Positions 36,675 to 47,268 of a stretch of 64,000 bases of DNA are shown here, piece after piece. Made by a program: the position numbers and the translations under genes. The notes beneath the pieces are model-generated. The model saw only the letters and a list, made by a program, of their open reading frames with translations. It had not been told where the DNA came from and searched no databases. Numbering within the stretch: position 1 is the stretch's first letter; every line of letters starts with the position of its first letter. The DNA is from a bacterium (GTDB lineage: Bacteria; Electryoneota; Electryoneia; Electryoneales; Electryoneaceae), in contig CAXXKJ010000002.1 in assembly GCA_963675295.2 (NCBI GenBank), positions 1,280,001 to 1,344,000 of the forward strand, written 5' to 3'.

Positions 36675-38153
36675 ATGAACCGATTTCACGTGGTACCGTT
36701 CCTCGTTCTTCTGTTTCCATCCTCGCTGACCTACGCTCAATCCGGCGACACTCTCTGGACTCATGTTCGCGACCTCGTTCGCGATCGGGACGAACGGATC
36801 ATCAATCTGTGTGAAACGTCAGATGGTAGTATTCTCGCCGGTGTACGGGCGGAGAATCACCTCACCGGCAGTCCGAAGGTTGTCAAGCTCTCTGCGGACG
36901 GGTCCTTCCAATGGATCCACAACTACATCAATGAGATCCATCGAGGTCATCTTTGCGGCATTGTCGTTCGGCCAGACGACGGATTCAACATGGTATCGTT
37001 CACGAATGACGACCGGGTTCAGTTTGTACGCTGCGATGCCAACGGCACACCGGTGGATTCAACCTTCCACGCCATCCCTGGCTTCATGTATTTCACATCA
37101 GACATCTGCGCTTCGCCGGATGGCGGTCTCGCATTGGTGATGCGCCCACGATTTGGTGATACCGTGCTTATGCGTTTCTCAGCGACCGGTGACACGATGT
37201 GGACACGGTACCTCGATCTCCGAACCGGCGGTCGTGGACGTCCGTTGGACGTCGAATTCAGTCCCGGCAGCGAAGACGCTTTCGTATTGCTGGTGCGTTA
37301 TGGCGGTCAACACGCCTATGTCTATTCCTACAATTTGCAAGGAGATTATCTCTGGCGTCGCAGTCTGTACTGGTGGGGGTTCAGGGAATTCTATGCCTAC
37401 GGTTGCGTGATCCCCCTGGGGAACGGACGTACGATCGTCACGGGCGAATCACGATACATGGTCATTGAGGAAAATGGCAGCGCGGAACCGCCGGTGCGAT
37501 GGACGTCAAATCACGGGGTTGGTATCGAGAAAGGGGTCCGTGATGATCAGGGACGGTTCATTTTCGCGGGCTTTGTCGACCAGTATCACCCGAACTCCGG
37601 CGGCTTTCTGATGGGTGTGGATTTCGCACATCACAATCATTGGATCGTAAAACCTGATCTGGGGTCATGGATGTTTTACCGAACCCTGCTGACCACCAGT
37701 GACGGTCGCGTAATCGCTGCCGGGGGCGCATTTGAAGGGGACAGCACTCCCCGTTCGGTCATTGTCGCCTTCCGTGGGTTCGCAGAGTACCAGGAACCGG
37801 AGATTGACATTCACAGCACCCGGACCTCGATTCCGAGTACCGGAGCGCATGTGCCGATCAGTTGCACGATGTCCACTCCGGAAACCATGGATTTCAGCTG
37901 TCACCTGCGGGTGAATGTTCTGCAACCGGGCAGTAGCCCTCCGGGCAGATTGCTCTACGAACAGGACGTGGTATTGCATCCAGACGACCCGCTGTTGATT
38001 GAGAACCACGTTCATCTGCCGGCGTCGCTGCCCGCCGGCGAGTGCCGGATTATCGGCACGCTGGTTGATAGCTGGGGGGAGGAGATCGTCTCCGACGAGT
38101 TCGTCATCATCAAACGGCAACCGGGCGCGCCGGGCGGTGTGGGTGTGGATTGA
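36675..38153 (+). CDS. Secreted beta-propeller protein (GDT.WT repeats) with a terminal Ig-like domain and no sorting domain
   Basis: Signal peptide; GDTLWT/GDTMWT/GDYLW repeats; C-terminal P.SLPAGE domain resembling that of 5659..7401. Confidence 0.7.
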   Translation: MNRFHVVPFLVLLFPSSLTYAQSGDTLWTHVRDLVRDRDERIINLCETSDGSILAGVRAENHLTGSPKVVKLSADGSFQWIHNYINEIHRGHLCGIVVRPDDGFNMVSFTNDDRVQFVRCDANGTPVDSTFHAIPGFMYFTSDICASPDGGLALVMRPRFGDTVLMRFSATGDTMWTRYLDLRTGGRGRPLDVEFSPGSEDAFVLLVRYGGQHAYVYSYNLQGDYLWRRSLYWWGFREFYAYGCVIPLGNGRTIVTGESRYMVIEENGSAEPPVRWTSNHGVGIEKGVRDDQGRFIFAGFVDQYHPNSGGFLMGVDFAHHNHWIVKPDLGSWMFYRTLLTTSDGRVIAAGGAFEGDSTPRSVIVAFRGFAEYQEPEIDIHSTRTSIPSTGAHVPISCTMSTPETMDFSCHLRVNVLQPGSSPPGRLLYEQDVVLHPDDPLLIENHVHLPASLPAGECRIIGTLVDSWGEEIVSDEFVIIKRQPGAPGGVGVD

Positions 38154-38397
38154 GCCGCTTTGTCCCTGATGGATGGCGTCAGCCGGTTATCGTGGTTGAT
38201 CTCATGCCCACGACATTCATGTCGTGGATAATCCGCAAGTATCCGAAACACGGTTGATCCCGACAGCTTGCTGGTCGGGATTATCCGCCGTCTCCACACT
38301 CCAAATCCCGAGCCCCGAGCTCCAGAGACAAAGCAGCCGCGTCTGTCACGCAGACACGGCTGTTGTGTTATTGCTGTTACCGACAACCGACAACCGA

Positions 38398-39330
38398 TTA
38401 CGCATTCCTGAGCGGATTCGTAATCTTCAGCACGCTGATGATCTTGATCAGTTCGTCGATACCGGCGCTGAGGTCGATTTTCGCCTTGTAGCCCAACGAC
38501 TTGAGCTTCGAGTAGTCGACTTCGTAGTCGCGCGCGTCCGGATCGGTGCCGAAGTCGGCTTCGTGCAGGTAGTAGTCCACCTTTTTCGCGATTTCCTGGG
38601 CGGCTTCACGCTTGGTGTAGTTCATCGTCTCGTCGCCGACGTTGTACGTGTTGCCGTTCATCGCGTCCCAGTTCTCCATCGCGAACGGGTAGATCGCGGC
38701 GGCGTCGCTGCTGTGCAGGAACGTGCGGCGGAAATGGCCTTCGAAGATGACGATCTGCTTGTTGTGGATCGCCTGGTACGTGAAGTCGTTGATCAGCAGG
38801 TCGAGACGCATGCGCGGGCTCGAGCCGAACACGGTCGCGAACCGGAACAGCGTGAAGTCGATATCGGTGGCCTTGATCATGTCTTCGCAGTCGCGCTTGT
38901 TGCGTCCGTACAGGGTCAACGGGTTGATTGGCGTTTCCTCGGTCGCGATACCGAGCACCTTGCCGTAGGTGGAGCCGGTGGACGCGTACAGCAGCTTCTG
39001 GCCCTTCTGCATCGCATCGACGATGTTCCGGGTGCCGTCGACGTTGACAGAGTTCGCACGAACCGGATCTGCCGCGCAGGCGGGGTAGCCGACGATCGCC
39101 GCGAGGTGCACGATCCAGTCTTGCCCTTTCACGACTTCCTTGATCTTGTCCGCGTCACGGACATCTCCCTGGACAATGCTCAGGTTGGGATGGGCGCTGA
39201 AGCCGAGCAGGGTTTGCGCGCCGAACATGAAGTTGTCGTAGATGGTGACCTTGTGGCCGAGCCGCAGCAGCTCGGGGACGAGAATCGTGCCGATGTAGCC
39301 GGCGCCGCCTGTGACGAGGATCTTTTCCAC
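38398..39330 (-). CDS. NAD-dependent epimerase/dehydratase (extended SDR)
   Basis: TGGAGYIG, HLAAIVG, YGRNK, RFATVFG.SPRMRLDL motifs. Confidence 0.92.
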   Translation of the reverse strand: MEKILVTGGAGYIGTILVPELLRLGHKVTIYDNFMFGAQTLLGFSAHPNLSIVQGDVRDADKIKEVVKGQDWIVHLAAIVGYPACAADPVRANSVNVDGTRNIVDAMQKGQKLLYASTGSTYGKVLGIATEETPINPLTLYGRNKRDCEDMIKATDIDFTLFRFATVFGSSPRMRLDLLINDFTYQAIHNKQIVIFEGHFRRTFLHSSDAAAIYPFAMENWDAMNGNTYNVGDETMNYTKREAAQEIAKKVDYYLHEADFGTDPDARDYEVDYSKLKSLGYKAKIDLSAGIDELIKIISVLKITNPLRNA

Positions 39331-39595
39331 GTTGCCGTTCCGATGTATTTGAGTGGTTTTTCCGTGTTTTCGCCGGGAAGTATGCGACGTAAAGTTTGGC
39401 GAAAGTAAGACTGTCTCCCGCTCTGGTCAATATGAAAGCCGGGGAACTCAGGTGAACCGGGGGCGGAAATTGGTTCCTGGGGTGGTTGGCAAGTCGTGGT
39501 CTCTGGCGAGACGGGTGCTGACGTGGATCACAATTCGGCGTGCCAAACGTTGTATCTTTTCGCCTCAACGTGGACTACCGATGGAGAGCGTAGCG

Positions 39596-40534
39596 ATGGC
39601 GACAGTGGTGCTGCAGACAGGTGGTGCGGGATTCTTCGGCCGCCGGATTGCGGAAAAGATCCGTGAAGCGGGGTATGAACTGGTCACTCCGGACCTGCCG
39701 GACTTCAACCTGATGGATTACGCGTCGGTCGAGAAAGCGGTCAAGGACATCGGTCCGGAAATCGTCGTGCACCCGGCGGCGTATTACGGCGGCCTCGGCA
39801 TCTGCATGCGTGAGCCGGCGAACCTGTTCTACAAGAACGTGATCATGACCGCGAACCTGCTCGAAGCCGCCAGCAAGATCCCGATCAAGCGCTTTGTCAG
39901 TGTCGGGTCGGCGTGCGCCTATCCGGGCAACGTCGTCGGTGACATGAAGGAAGACGACTTCTGGGCTGGCGCGTTGCACCCGAGCGTCGAAGCGTACGGC
40001 TTCACGAAAAAGGTGCAGCAGGTCGGCGGACGCGCGTACCAGCGCCAATATGGCACCATCGGCCAGTACCCGCAGATCACCAACCTCTACGGCGAGAACG
40101 ATGTTTTCACCGAATACCGCAGCCATGTCGTCGCGGCGTTGATCAAACGCTACGCCGACGCGGTCGAGTCCGGCGCGGAGCAGGTGATGAACTGGGGGAC
40201 CGGCAGCGCGGTGCGTGAGTTCATGTACACCCATGACGGCGCCGAAGCCATCGTCAAGCTGATGGAAACCGACTTTGACGACACGATCAACATCGGCACT
40301 GGGATTGGCACCACGATCAAGGAGCTGGCAACGTTGATCGCCGAACTCACCGGTTTCGAGGGCGAAGTTGCCTGGGATACGGACAAGCCGGACGGCGTCC
40401 CGCGCAAGGTGCTCGATGTCTCGCGCATGCGCGAGGTGTTGAACTGGGAACCGCCGACAAGTTTGCGCGAAGGTCTCAAGAAAACCATCGACTGGTATCT
40501 CGCGAACAAGGAAGAGGCGGACGCGCGGCAGTAA
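39596..40534 (+). CDS. GDP-L-fucose synthase-like SDR
   Basis: Start at ATG 39596 (RBS ggagag). TGGAGFFG, SACAYP, YGFTK, NLYG, SHVVAALI, WGTGSAVREF, KPDGVPRK. Confidence 0.85.
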   Translation: MATVVLQTGGAGFFGRRIAEKIREAGYELVTPDLPDFNLMDYASVEKAVKDIGPEIVVHPAAYYGGLGICMREPANLFYKNVIMTANLLEAASKIPIKRFVSVGSACAYPGNVVGDMKEDDFWAGALHPSVEAYGFTKKVQQVGGRAYQRQYGTIGQYPQITNLYGENDVFTEYRSHVVAALIKRYADAVESGAEQVMNWGTGSAVREFMYTHDGAEAIVKLMETDFDDTINIGTGIGTTIKELATLIAELTGFEGEVAWDTDKPDGVPRKVLDVSRMREVLNWEPPTSLREGLKKTIDWYLANKEEADARQ

Positions 40535-40556
40535 GCCTCAGCATGATTGAAGATTC

Positions 40557-40590
40557 AAAGCCGGTGATGCCTGTGCATCATCGGCTTTTC
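40557..40590 (+). terminator. Intrinsic terminator
   Basis: aaagccggtgatg-cctgtg-catcatcggctttt. Confidence 0.65.
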
Positions 40591-40663
40591 GTTTGCCACC
40601 CCCAACTCATTGACGTGATGTTCTATTTACATCATATTACCAATGTGGATAGCGGGGGAAACA

Positions 40664-41851
40664 ATGAGATTGACAGTTCTAGCCTTTGTCTGTATTGCCT
40701 TTTGCTCGCTTGCCGTGCTCACCTCATGCGATGACTCTGCACCAACAGGCCCGGATCAGGACGCGCTCGGTGCGATTTACGGTGACACCAGCTGGGTGCG
40801 TGCGATTGAGCATGTCAGCGGCTCATTGTGGCCGCGTGCGATGGTTCAGGCGCATGACAATGGCTTCGTGATCGTGGGGCTTGGCGGCGTGGCCAATGAC
40901 ACCAGCCACGGCTTCATCCTCAAGGTCGACGACGAAGGGTATCCGCTGTGGTATTACGATGTCGGGTTCGGTGTGCAGGATATCGTGCAACATCCGAGCG
41001 GCGGCTACGCGATCGTCGGCAATTCCGCCAACCCGGAGATCAAAGTGTACCTCCTTTCGGCAAGCGCCGAGGTGCAATGGAGCCATACCGTGCCGGGGAA
41101 ATACGGCAGCGGCGTGGCAATAGGCGGCTACGGCGAAGTGCTGTTCACCGGCACATCCACCGGCGGCCGGGTGATGCAGGGCAGTATCAGCGCGGACGGA
41201 GTGCAGCGCTGGGTGCGGGAGTACGAAACACTGAGCAACGATGACCGCGGGATCAGTGTCGCGGCGCATGGCACCGGCAGCGTGATCACCGGAGAACTAC
41301 GCAACCAGGAACTGGGCCAGCGGGAAATCCTGCTGCTCGAGACGGACGACGACGGCAACGAGCTGCAACGGACAACGTTCGGCGAGTTCCTCGGTGACAC
41401 CGGGTACCGGATCCGTTCTCTGGACGACCAGAGTATCGTGATCGCGGGCAGCATGTACATGTTCAACACCGACAGCAAGGAAGCAGCCGTCCTGCAGATC
41501 AGCCAGGGTTTCGAGGAAGTGTTCACCACCACGTTCAGCGGCAACAGTGGGGATGACTACGCGTTCGACATGATTGTCCGCAACCAGACCGTGGTGATTG
41601 CCGGGGATGCGGACTCTGAACTGCTTCTCGCCTGCGTTAACCTGAAAGACGGGGCCGTGGAGTGGAAAAAGACGTACATCGGCGCGCACGATGGCCGCGC
41701 CATCGCCAAACATCCACTCGGCGGGCTGGTCGCCGCCGGTAGTTCAGACTACGACGGTGATACCCAGAACGAGATTTACCTGTTCCGCTGCTACTCGGAC
41801 GGGAAAATGGACAAGGAGGGCGTCTTCGTCAATCTGACGCCTGTGCAGTGA
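40664..41851 (+). CDS. Lipoprotein with beta-propeller repeats
   Basis: Lipobox LTS-C; repeated G...W.+.Y blades. Confidence 0.75.
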   Translation: MRLTVLAFVCIAFCSLAVLTSCDDSAPTGPDQDALGAIYGDTSWVRAIEHVSGSLWPRAMVQAHDNGFVIVGLGGVANDTSHGFILKVDDEGYPLWYYDVGFGVQDIVQHPSGGYAIVGNSANPEIKVYLLSASAEVQWSHTVPGKYGSGVAIGGYGEVLFTGTSTGGRVMQGSISADGVQRWVREYETLSNDDRGISVAAHGTGSVITGELRNQELGQREILLLETDDDGNELQRTTFGEFLGDTGYRIRSLDDQSIVIAGSMYMFNTDSKEAAVLQISQGFEEVFTTTFSGNSGDDYAFDMIVRNQTVVIAGDADSELLLACVNLKDGAVEWKKTYIGAHDGRAIAKHPLGGLVAAGSSDYDGDTQNEIYLFRCYSDGKMDKEGVFVNLTPVQ

Positions 41852-41941
41852 CACGGCCATGCCAGATGCACAACGCCCCCGCAATGCAGGGGCGTTTGAG
41901 TTTTGCGATGTAAGGACAAGACAGCATCCGGGGACCCGCTG

Positions 41942-43606
41942 TCACTTCGCGGCGTTCCGGACGACATGCCGCGCCTCACGGACACGGTACAGCAACGTGT
42001 CGCCGTCCTCGTCGATGAAGTACATCCGTCCTTCACGATCGGGCCGCACACGGATCCGTTCCAAGCTCCGATCACCACGGCCGTCCCGGACCACCAGCCG
42101 TAACGCTTCGCCGGTGAGCACCGTGTCGCCGTTGACATAGGCGCGAATCAGCCGCCCGTCCGAACTGTCCCCGACCGCGATCAGCAGGTCACCAATTTCG
42201 TCGGTATCGCCGGAATAAACGGTTTCAGCTTGCTCGCCGGAAATCAGGATCGTCTGGTCGCCGGTTGCTTTTAGCACACGGATCACCCGGCCGTCGTTGG
42301 TGTAGTAAACATTGACGCTGTCCGTGCCGAACGAGTCCGCCTGCATACTCTCCAGCGCTACTATCCAGCTCGGCGGTTCCGGTTCCACGGGCTCGACCTC
42401 TGGTGCCGGCTCGGCTGGAAACGCTTCTTCAACAGGTTGTGCCTCGACCACCTCCGGCGCCTCAGGAGCGTCCGGGAATGCGTGCCGCACCGGTTCGGCG
42501 GAGACGGCAGGTAGCCGTGACGCGTGCGAGGAGTCAACAATCGGCGTCGCGACCAGCGCGGAACTCAGGACGAGCACAGCGGCGACCGAGCTCAGCAACA
42601 ACAGGGTGCGTTTTGTGGACATGATCGGTCTCCGTGTGTTCAGCAGCTGCTGAATGCGTGGCAGCAGTTGTGAGGAGTTGTGGCTCAGTGCGGCGGACGC
42701 TCCGGCGTAGGATGGATGCGACCCGGCGCGGGTGAGGAATTCAGCGTACGGCAGGGGGGAGGTGTGATGCCGGGTCACCTCAGCGTCGCAGGCCTGTTCC
42801 GCCAGCAACGAGATTCGCCGGACCACCATCCAGACCAGTGGCTGCGGCCACAGGACCACCTTCAGCAGCGCGGCCAGCAGCTTGCTGCGGGTGTCGTGCC
42901 GCCGGAAATGCGCCAGCTCATGTTCGATCGCGAACTGGATTTCGTGGACGCTGCCTCTATGCAGCAACGCCGCCGGGAGCAGGATCGCCGGCCGAATCCA
43001 ACCAGCGAGGATCGGGGATGGCAGCTCGTCGGACACGAGAATCCGCACCTGCGTCGGAATGGATACCGTGGATTCGAAACGCGCCCACTCGTCATCCCGC
43101 AACGGGCGGGAGCGGTGGACCAACACCTGCACACGTGCCATCCCGAACAGCAGCCGTGCCGCTAGGAACAGGGCTCCGGCGGAGTAGATCAGCAGCGCCA
43201 GCAACGGCAGCCACTCGCTCCACACGATCCCGGCCTGCGGGAACGTTGACGGTGTAAGATGCACCAAACGGGGTGTGGTCGCGAACTGGACGTTCAGCGG
43301 GGATGCGGTGTCCACTACACGTGCCAGCGACACCGGTTCGGCGTGTGAAATAACCGGCAATGTTGGGTTGAACAGGGCCAGTTTCATCGGCGCCAGCAGA
43401 CGCCCGGCATACGGCAGCAACGGCACCGCGAACAGGCTGATCAGCAGCTGCCGGTGGCGGTCGGCGGGGTGGACATGCTTCGCAACCAACCGCTCAATCA
43501 GCAGCACAGCTGCGAGGAACACGGAGCTTTGGATCGCCAGAATCAGCAGCCAGCGTGCGGCATTCGCGACGAACGGATCGCGCGTAAGGTCGAACAAGGC
43601 GTGCAT
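41942..43606 (-). CDS. BlaR1/MecR1-type M56 metallopeptidase sensor with an atypical C-terminal domain
   Basis: HELAHFRRHD zinc motif, WPQPLVW, EQACD, RIQQLL; follows a BlaI gene. Confidence 0.88.
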   Translation of the reverse strand: MHALFDLTRDPFVANAARWLLILAIQSSVFLAAVLLIERLVAKHVHPADRHRQLLISLFAVPLLPYAGRLLAPMKLALFNPTLPVISHAEPVSLARVVDTASPLNVQFATTPRLVHLTPSTFPQAGIVWSEWLPLLALLIYSAGALFLAARLLFGMARVQVLVHRSRPLRDDEWARFESTVSIPTQVRILVSDELPSPILAGWIRPAILLPAALLHRGSVHEIQFAIEHELAHFRRHDTRSKLLAALLKVVLWPQPLVWMVVRRISLLAEQACDAEVTRHHTSPLPYAEFLTRAGSHPSYAGASAALSHNSSQLLPRIQQLLNTRRPIMSTKRTLLLLSSVAAVLVLSSALVATPIVDSSHASRLPAVSAEPVRHAFPDAPEAPEVVEAQPVEEAFPAEPAPEVEPVEPEPPSWIVALESMQADSFGTDSVNVYYTNDGRVIRVLKATGDQTILISGEQAETVYSGDTDEIGDLLIAVGDSSDGRLIRAYVNGDTVLTGEALRLVVRDGRGDRSLERIRVRPDREGRMYFIDEDGDTLLYRVREARHVVRNAAK

Positions 43607-43607
43607 T

Positions 43608-44000
43608 TCACTTTCCTCCTCGTTCGTACTCGTCCAGCAGACGGCGGATCTCGGTCAGTTCGTTTTCGCTGATCCGTTCCGAATCGAGCAGCGCCGCGAC
43701 CAAGTCCTGCGCTGAGCCCTGGAACGCCCTCCCGAGCAAATCGCCAAGCATCTGGTGACGCGCCTGCTGCTGCTGCACCACCGCACGGTAGAGGTAGCCG
43801 CGCCCGGCCTTCTCCCGCTCCACCTGCTGCTTCTTCAACAGGATCGAGAGGACTTTGCGGATCGACCCGTCGCTGAGATCACGGTTGCGCTCGGCGAGCG
43901 CGGACTGCAGGTCTTCGGTCGTCATCTCGCCATGTGTCCACAGCAGCTGCATGAACTCGAGTTCGACCTGGGTCAGTGTGGGTGAGGTTTTTCGCGCCAT
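43608..44000 (-). CDS. BlaI/MecI/CopY family transcriptional repressor
   Basis: LT.VELEFMQLLW...SIRKVLSIL..K..V.R...GR.YLY...F.GS...LV; start at ATG 44000. Confidence 0.9.
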   Translation of the reverse strand: MARKTSPTLTQVELEFMQLLWTHGEMTTEDLQSALAERNRDLSDGSIRKVLSILLKKQQVEREKAGRGYLYRAVVQQQQARHQMLGDLLGRAFQGSAQDLVAALLDSERISENELTEIRRLLDEYERGGK

Positions 44001-44107
44001 CGGTATGTCTCGGTTTGAAGCGTCTACAGGTTCCTGGCCTGATGCCACTCGAAGCCCCGGAATGGATCGCTACTCGGCAAGACCGCGTAAGCGGTCAAAC
44101 GGTTATC

Positions 44108-44179
44108 CGAGAATTCCTTCTCGCATAGTTTAGGGAGTAGAAATCGCGAGCGCAAGACTCTCGCGAGAATTCTTTCTCG
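44108..44179 (-). promoter_or_regulatory. Sigma70 promoter of blaI-blaR flanked by two palindromic operators
   Basis: CGAGAA-N4-TTCTCG at 44108..44123 and 44164..44179; minus-strand TTGCGC-N17-TAAACT (44155..44127) between them. Confidence 0.65.
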
Positions 44180-44319
44180 TGACACTCCTGGAGGGGGAAC
44201 TGGTTCCCCTCTGCTCGGTTGGTCTCACTCTCGTCTCCTTGCATTCTCTCACCTCAAGCAGTAGTCTCAGCGAAACCTGAAACAGGCTTTGTAGCGTTGT
44301 CTCATACGCGAGGAATGCG

Positions 44320-45492
44320 ATGAAGATTCATGAGTATCAGGCGAAGGAGTTGCTCCGCCGGTACGGTGTCGCGGTGCCGGATGGCAAGGTTGCGTCGACG
44401 CCGGAAGAGGTGGAAGCAATCGCGCGTGAAATGGGCGGTGTCTCGGTAGTGAAAGCCCAAATTCATGCGGGCGGACGTGGCAAGGGCGGCGGCGTGAAAG
44501 TCTGCAAGACGCCGGAAGATGCCCGCGCGGCTGGGGACGCGATTCTCGGCATGCAGCTGGTGACGCACCAGACTGGTCCGGAAGGCCAGAAGGTGAAGAA
44601 GGTGTGGGTGGAGAAGGGCTCCAACATCAAGAAGGAGTACTACGCCGGCCTCACCCTCGACCGTGAAAAGGTTCGTGACACCTTCATGGTCAGCACCGAA
44701 GGCGGCATGGAGATCGAGAAAGTCGCGGCGGAAACCCCGGAAAAAATCATCAAGGTTGCGATTGATCCGGCGTTCGGGCTACAGGCATTCCAGGCGACGC
44801 AACTCGCGTTCGCGCTCGGGCTCGAGGGCAAGTCGGTGCGCAAGGCGGCCAGCTTCTTCATGAGCCTGTACAAGGCGTACACCGAGTCGGATGCGTCCCT
44901 CGCCGAGATCAACCCGCTCGTGCTGACGGAAGAGGGCGACATCATCGCGCTCGACGCGAAGATCAATTTTGACGACAACGCGATGTACCGTCACAAGGAT
45001 ATCGCCGAATGGCGTGACCTGGACGAAGAGGACCCAGCGGAAGTCGAGGCGAGCGAATTCGACCTCAACTTCATCAAGCTGGATGGCAACGTCGGCTGCA
45101 TGGTCAACGGTGCCGGCCTCGCAATGGCGACGATGGACATCATCAAGTATTCCGGCGGCGATCCGGCGAACTTCCTCGATGTCGGCGGCGGCGCGAACGC
45201 GGAATCGGTCCGCAACGCATTCCGCATCATCCTCAAGGACCCGAACGTCAAGGCCGTGCTGATCAACATCTTCGGCGGGATCGTGCGTTGCGACCGTGTC
45301 GCGCAGGGCATCATCGATGCGTTGAGCGGCGGCGAGGTTGAGGTGAACGTTCCGGTCGTTGTGCGTCTCGAGGGCACGAACGCGGACATCGCGGCGGACA
45401 TGCTGAACAACGCCCCGCTGAGCTTCATCGTCGCGGAGAACCTGAAGGATGCGGCCGAAAAGGTCGTTGCAGCCGCGAAGGAGGTGGCCTGA
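44320..45492 (+). CDS. sucC: Succinyl-CoA synthetase beta subunit
   Basis: [46 protein letters not shown]. Confidence 0.97.
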   Translation: MKIHEYQAKELLRRYGVAVPDGKVASTPEEVEAIAREMGGVSVVKAQIHAGGRGKGGGVKVCKTPEDARAAGDAILGMQLVTHQTGPEGQKVKKVWVEKGSNIKKEYYAGLTLDREKVRDTFMVSTEGGMEIEKVAAETPEKIIKVAIDPAFGLQAFQATQLAFALGLEGKSVRKAASFFMSLYKAYTESDASLAEINPLVLTEEGDIIALDAKINFDDNAMYRHKDIAEWRDLDEEDPAEVEASEFDLNFIKLDGNVGCMVNGAGLAMATMDIIKYSGGDPANFLDVGGGANAESVRNAFRIILKDPNVKAVLINIFGGIVRCDRVAQGIIDALSGGEVEVNVPVVVRLEGTNADIAADMLNNAPLSFIVAENLKDAAEKVVAAAKEVA

Positions 45493-46364
45493 TGTCGATT
45501 CTCGTAAATAAGGACACACGCGTGGTGGTGCAGGGCATCACCGGCGGCGAGGGAACATTCCACGCGACGCAGATGATCGAGTACGGGACGAATGTCGTTT
45601 CCGGCGTCACCCCGGGCAAGGGTGGCACGATGCACCTTGACCGTCCGGTCTTCAACAGCGTCGCCGAAGCAGTCGAGGAAACAGGCGCGAACTGCTCCGT
45701 GATCTTCGTCCCGCCACCGTTCGCGGCGGACGGCATCATGGAAGCGATCGACGCCGGTGTCGACCTCGTTATCTGCATCACCGAGGGCATTCCGGCAGCG
45801 GACATGCTCAAGGTGCACCGCAAGCTCGAGCTGTCGAACACACGGCTGGTCGGCCCGAACTGTCCGGGCGTGATCACGCCGGGCCAAGCGAAGGTCGGCA
45901 TCATGCCGGCATTCATCCACAAGCCGGGCAGCATCGGCCTCATCAGCCGTTCAGGCACGTTGACCTACGAAGCCGTGCACCAGCTCGTCGGTGTCGGCCT
46001 CGGCCAGTCGACCGCGCTCGGAATCGGCGGCGACCCGGTCATCGGCACGACGTTCGTGGACGCGCTGAAGTTGTTCAAGGACGATCCGGAGACCGAAGGT
46101 GTGGTGCTGATCGGTGAAATCGGCGGCAACGCTGAGGAGCTGGCGGCGGAGTACATCAAGAAGGAATTCAACAAGCCGGTGGTGTCGTTCATCGCTGGCG
46201 CGACTGCCCCTCCGGGACGTCGCATGGGCCACGCCGGCGCGATCATTTCCGGCGGCAAGGGCACCGCGGCCGACAAGAAGGCGGCGTTGAAGGCGGCGGG
46301 GATTCATGTCTCCGACACGCCCGCGTTGCTCGGCCAGACGATGCTCGAGGCGCTCGGCCGGTAA
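45492..46364 (+). CDS. sucD: Succinyl-CoA synthetase alpha subunit
   Basis: [28 protein letters not shown] (phospho-His). Confidence 0.97.
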   Translation: MSILVNKDTRVVVQGITGGEGTFHATQMIEYGTNVVSGVTPGKGGTMHLDRPVFNSVAEAVEETGANCSVIFVPPPFAADGIMEAIDAGVDLVICITEGIPAADMLKVHRKLELSNTRLVGPNCPGVITPGQAKVGIMPAFIHKPGSIGLISRSGTLTYEAVHQLVGVGLGQSTALGIGGDPVIGTTFVDALKLFKDDPETEGVVLIGEIGGNAEELAAEYIKKEFNKPVVSFIAGATAPPGRRMGHAGAIISGGKGTAADKKAALKAAGIHVSDTPALLGQTMLEALGR

Positions 46365-46386
46365 GCAGTTCCCACAGAACGATCAC

Positions 46387-46418
46387 AGCCCGTCACGGTT
46401 TCCGTGGCGGGCTTTTTG
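46387..46418 (+). terminator. Intrinsic terminator after sucD
   Basis: gcccgtcacgg-ttt-ccgtggcgggc followed by ttttt. Confidence 0.75.
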
Positions 46419-46438
46419 GTGCACTTCTTATCGTTGAT

Positions 46439-46768
46439 CTAGTCGAGATAGTCCAGCAACACGCTTCGAAGTGGTTCAAGCTTGTTCTCAACAACGTCCC
46501 ATACAAGTTCGTAATCCACGCCAAAATATTCGTGACTGATCATATTCCGGAAGGCGATCAGCTTGCGCCATTCGATCTGTAGTAGTTCGTTTCGTATCTC
46601 ATCCGGAACATTCCGAGCGGCTTCGCCGAGTACTTCCAGATTGCGCAAGATGGCATCCCGGGGCAGGAAATCGCGGAGAAACTGTTCCCAGTCGCAGTCT
46701 GCACGGATCATCAAGACCTTGTCTATGGCTTGCACCATATCGAGTAGATACAGAGTACCGTCACGCGT
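46439..46768 (-). CDS. HEPN (DUF86/HepT-like) RNase toxin
   Basis: RD..LYL.D, LEVLGEAA, RNMISHEY (Rx4HxY). Start probably the ACG at 46768 or TTG 46786. Confidence 0.85.
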   Translation of the reverse strand, partial: TRDGTLYLLDMVQAIDKVLMIRADCDWEQFLRDFLPRDAILRNLEVLGEAARNVPDEIRNELLQIEWRKLIAFRNMISHEYFGVDYELVWDVVENKLEPLRSVLLDYLD

Positions 46769-47060
46769 ACAGCAGATCGGGCTCAATGAACGGGAACATT
46801 CGATCTTTAACGGCCGGTTTTGTGACCAGATCAACACGCCGTTTGAAATGGTCTTCAAGTTCGAATTTCAGGTTCATGTACCCATCAAACGTGGTTGGGT
46901 CCATTTCAATCAGGATATCAATGTCGCTAGTCGAATTGTGTTCATCGCGGGCATAAGAGCCAAAAAGTGCGACGCTGACAACTCCATAGTCCCGCCTCCA
47001 GCGTTCCTTGGAATGCCTGATGTAATTCAGGATTTCCTCTTGCGCCAATCGGGTTTCCAT
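46761..47060 (-). CDS. Minimal nucleotidyltransferase (MNT) antitoxin
   Basis: LFGSYARDE...SDIDIL, RRVDLVT; overlaps the HEPN gene. Confidence 0.88.
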   Translation of the reverse strand: METRLAQEEILNYIRHSKERWRRDYGVVSVALFGSYARDEHNSTSDIDILIEMDPTTFDGYMNLKFELEDHFKRRVDLVTKPAVKDRMFPFIEPDLLYA

Positions 47061-47190
47061 CTCAGCGATCCCACATTTCTGACCGTCAACTCTCACAGGG
47101 AAAGTAGCAATGTGTGGTTTTGTCCTGCAAACAAAGATTCAGCTCTACGAACATGTCTGTGTGTTGGAGCATCCTAATCCGGCAAATTAG

Positions 47191-47225
47191 AACGGGGACA
47201 GCCACCATCGGTGACTGTCCCCGCT
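47191..47225. repeat. GGGGACA...TGTCCCC hairpin element
   Basis: cggggacagccacc-atc-ggtgactgtccccg; related to 31038..31075. Confidence 0.55.
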
Positions 47226-47268
47226 ACATTCCAAACGAGGGACGAAAGACCAGAGACGAGAGACTGCC

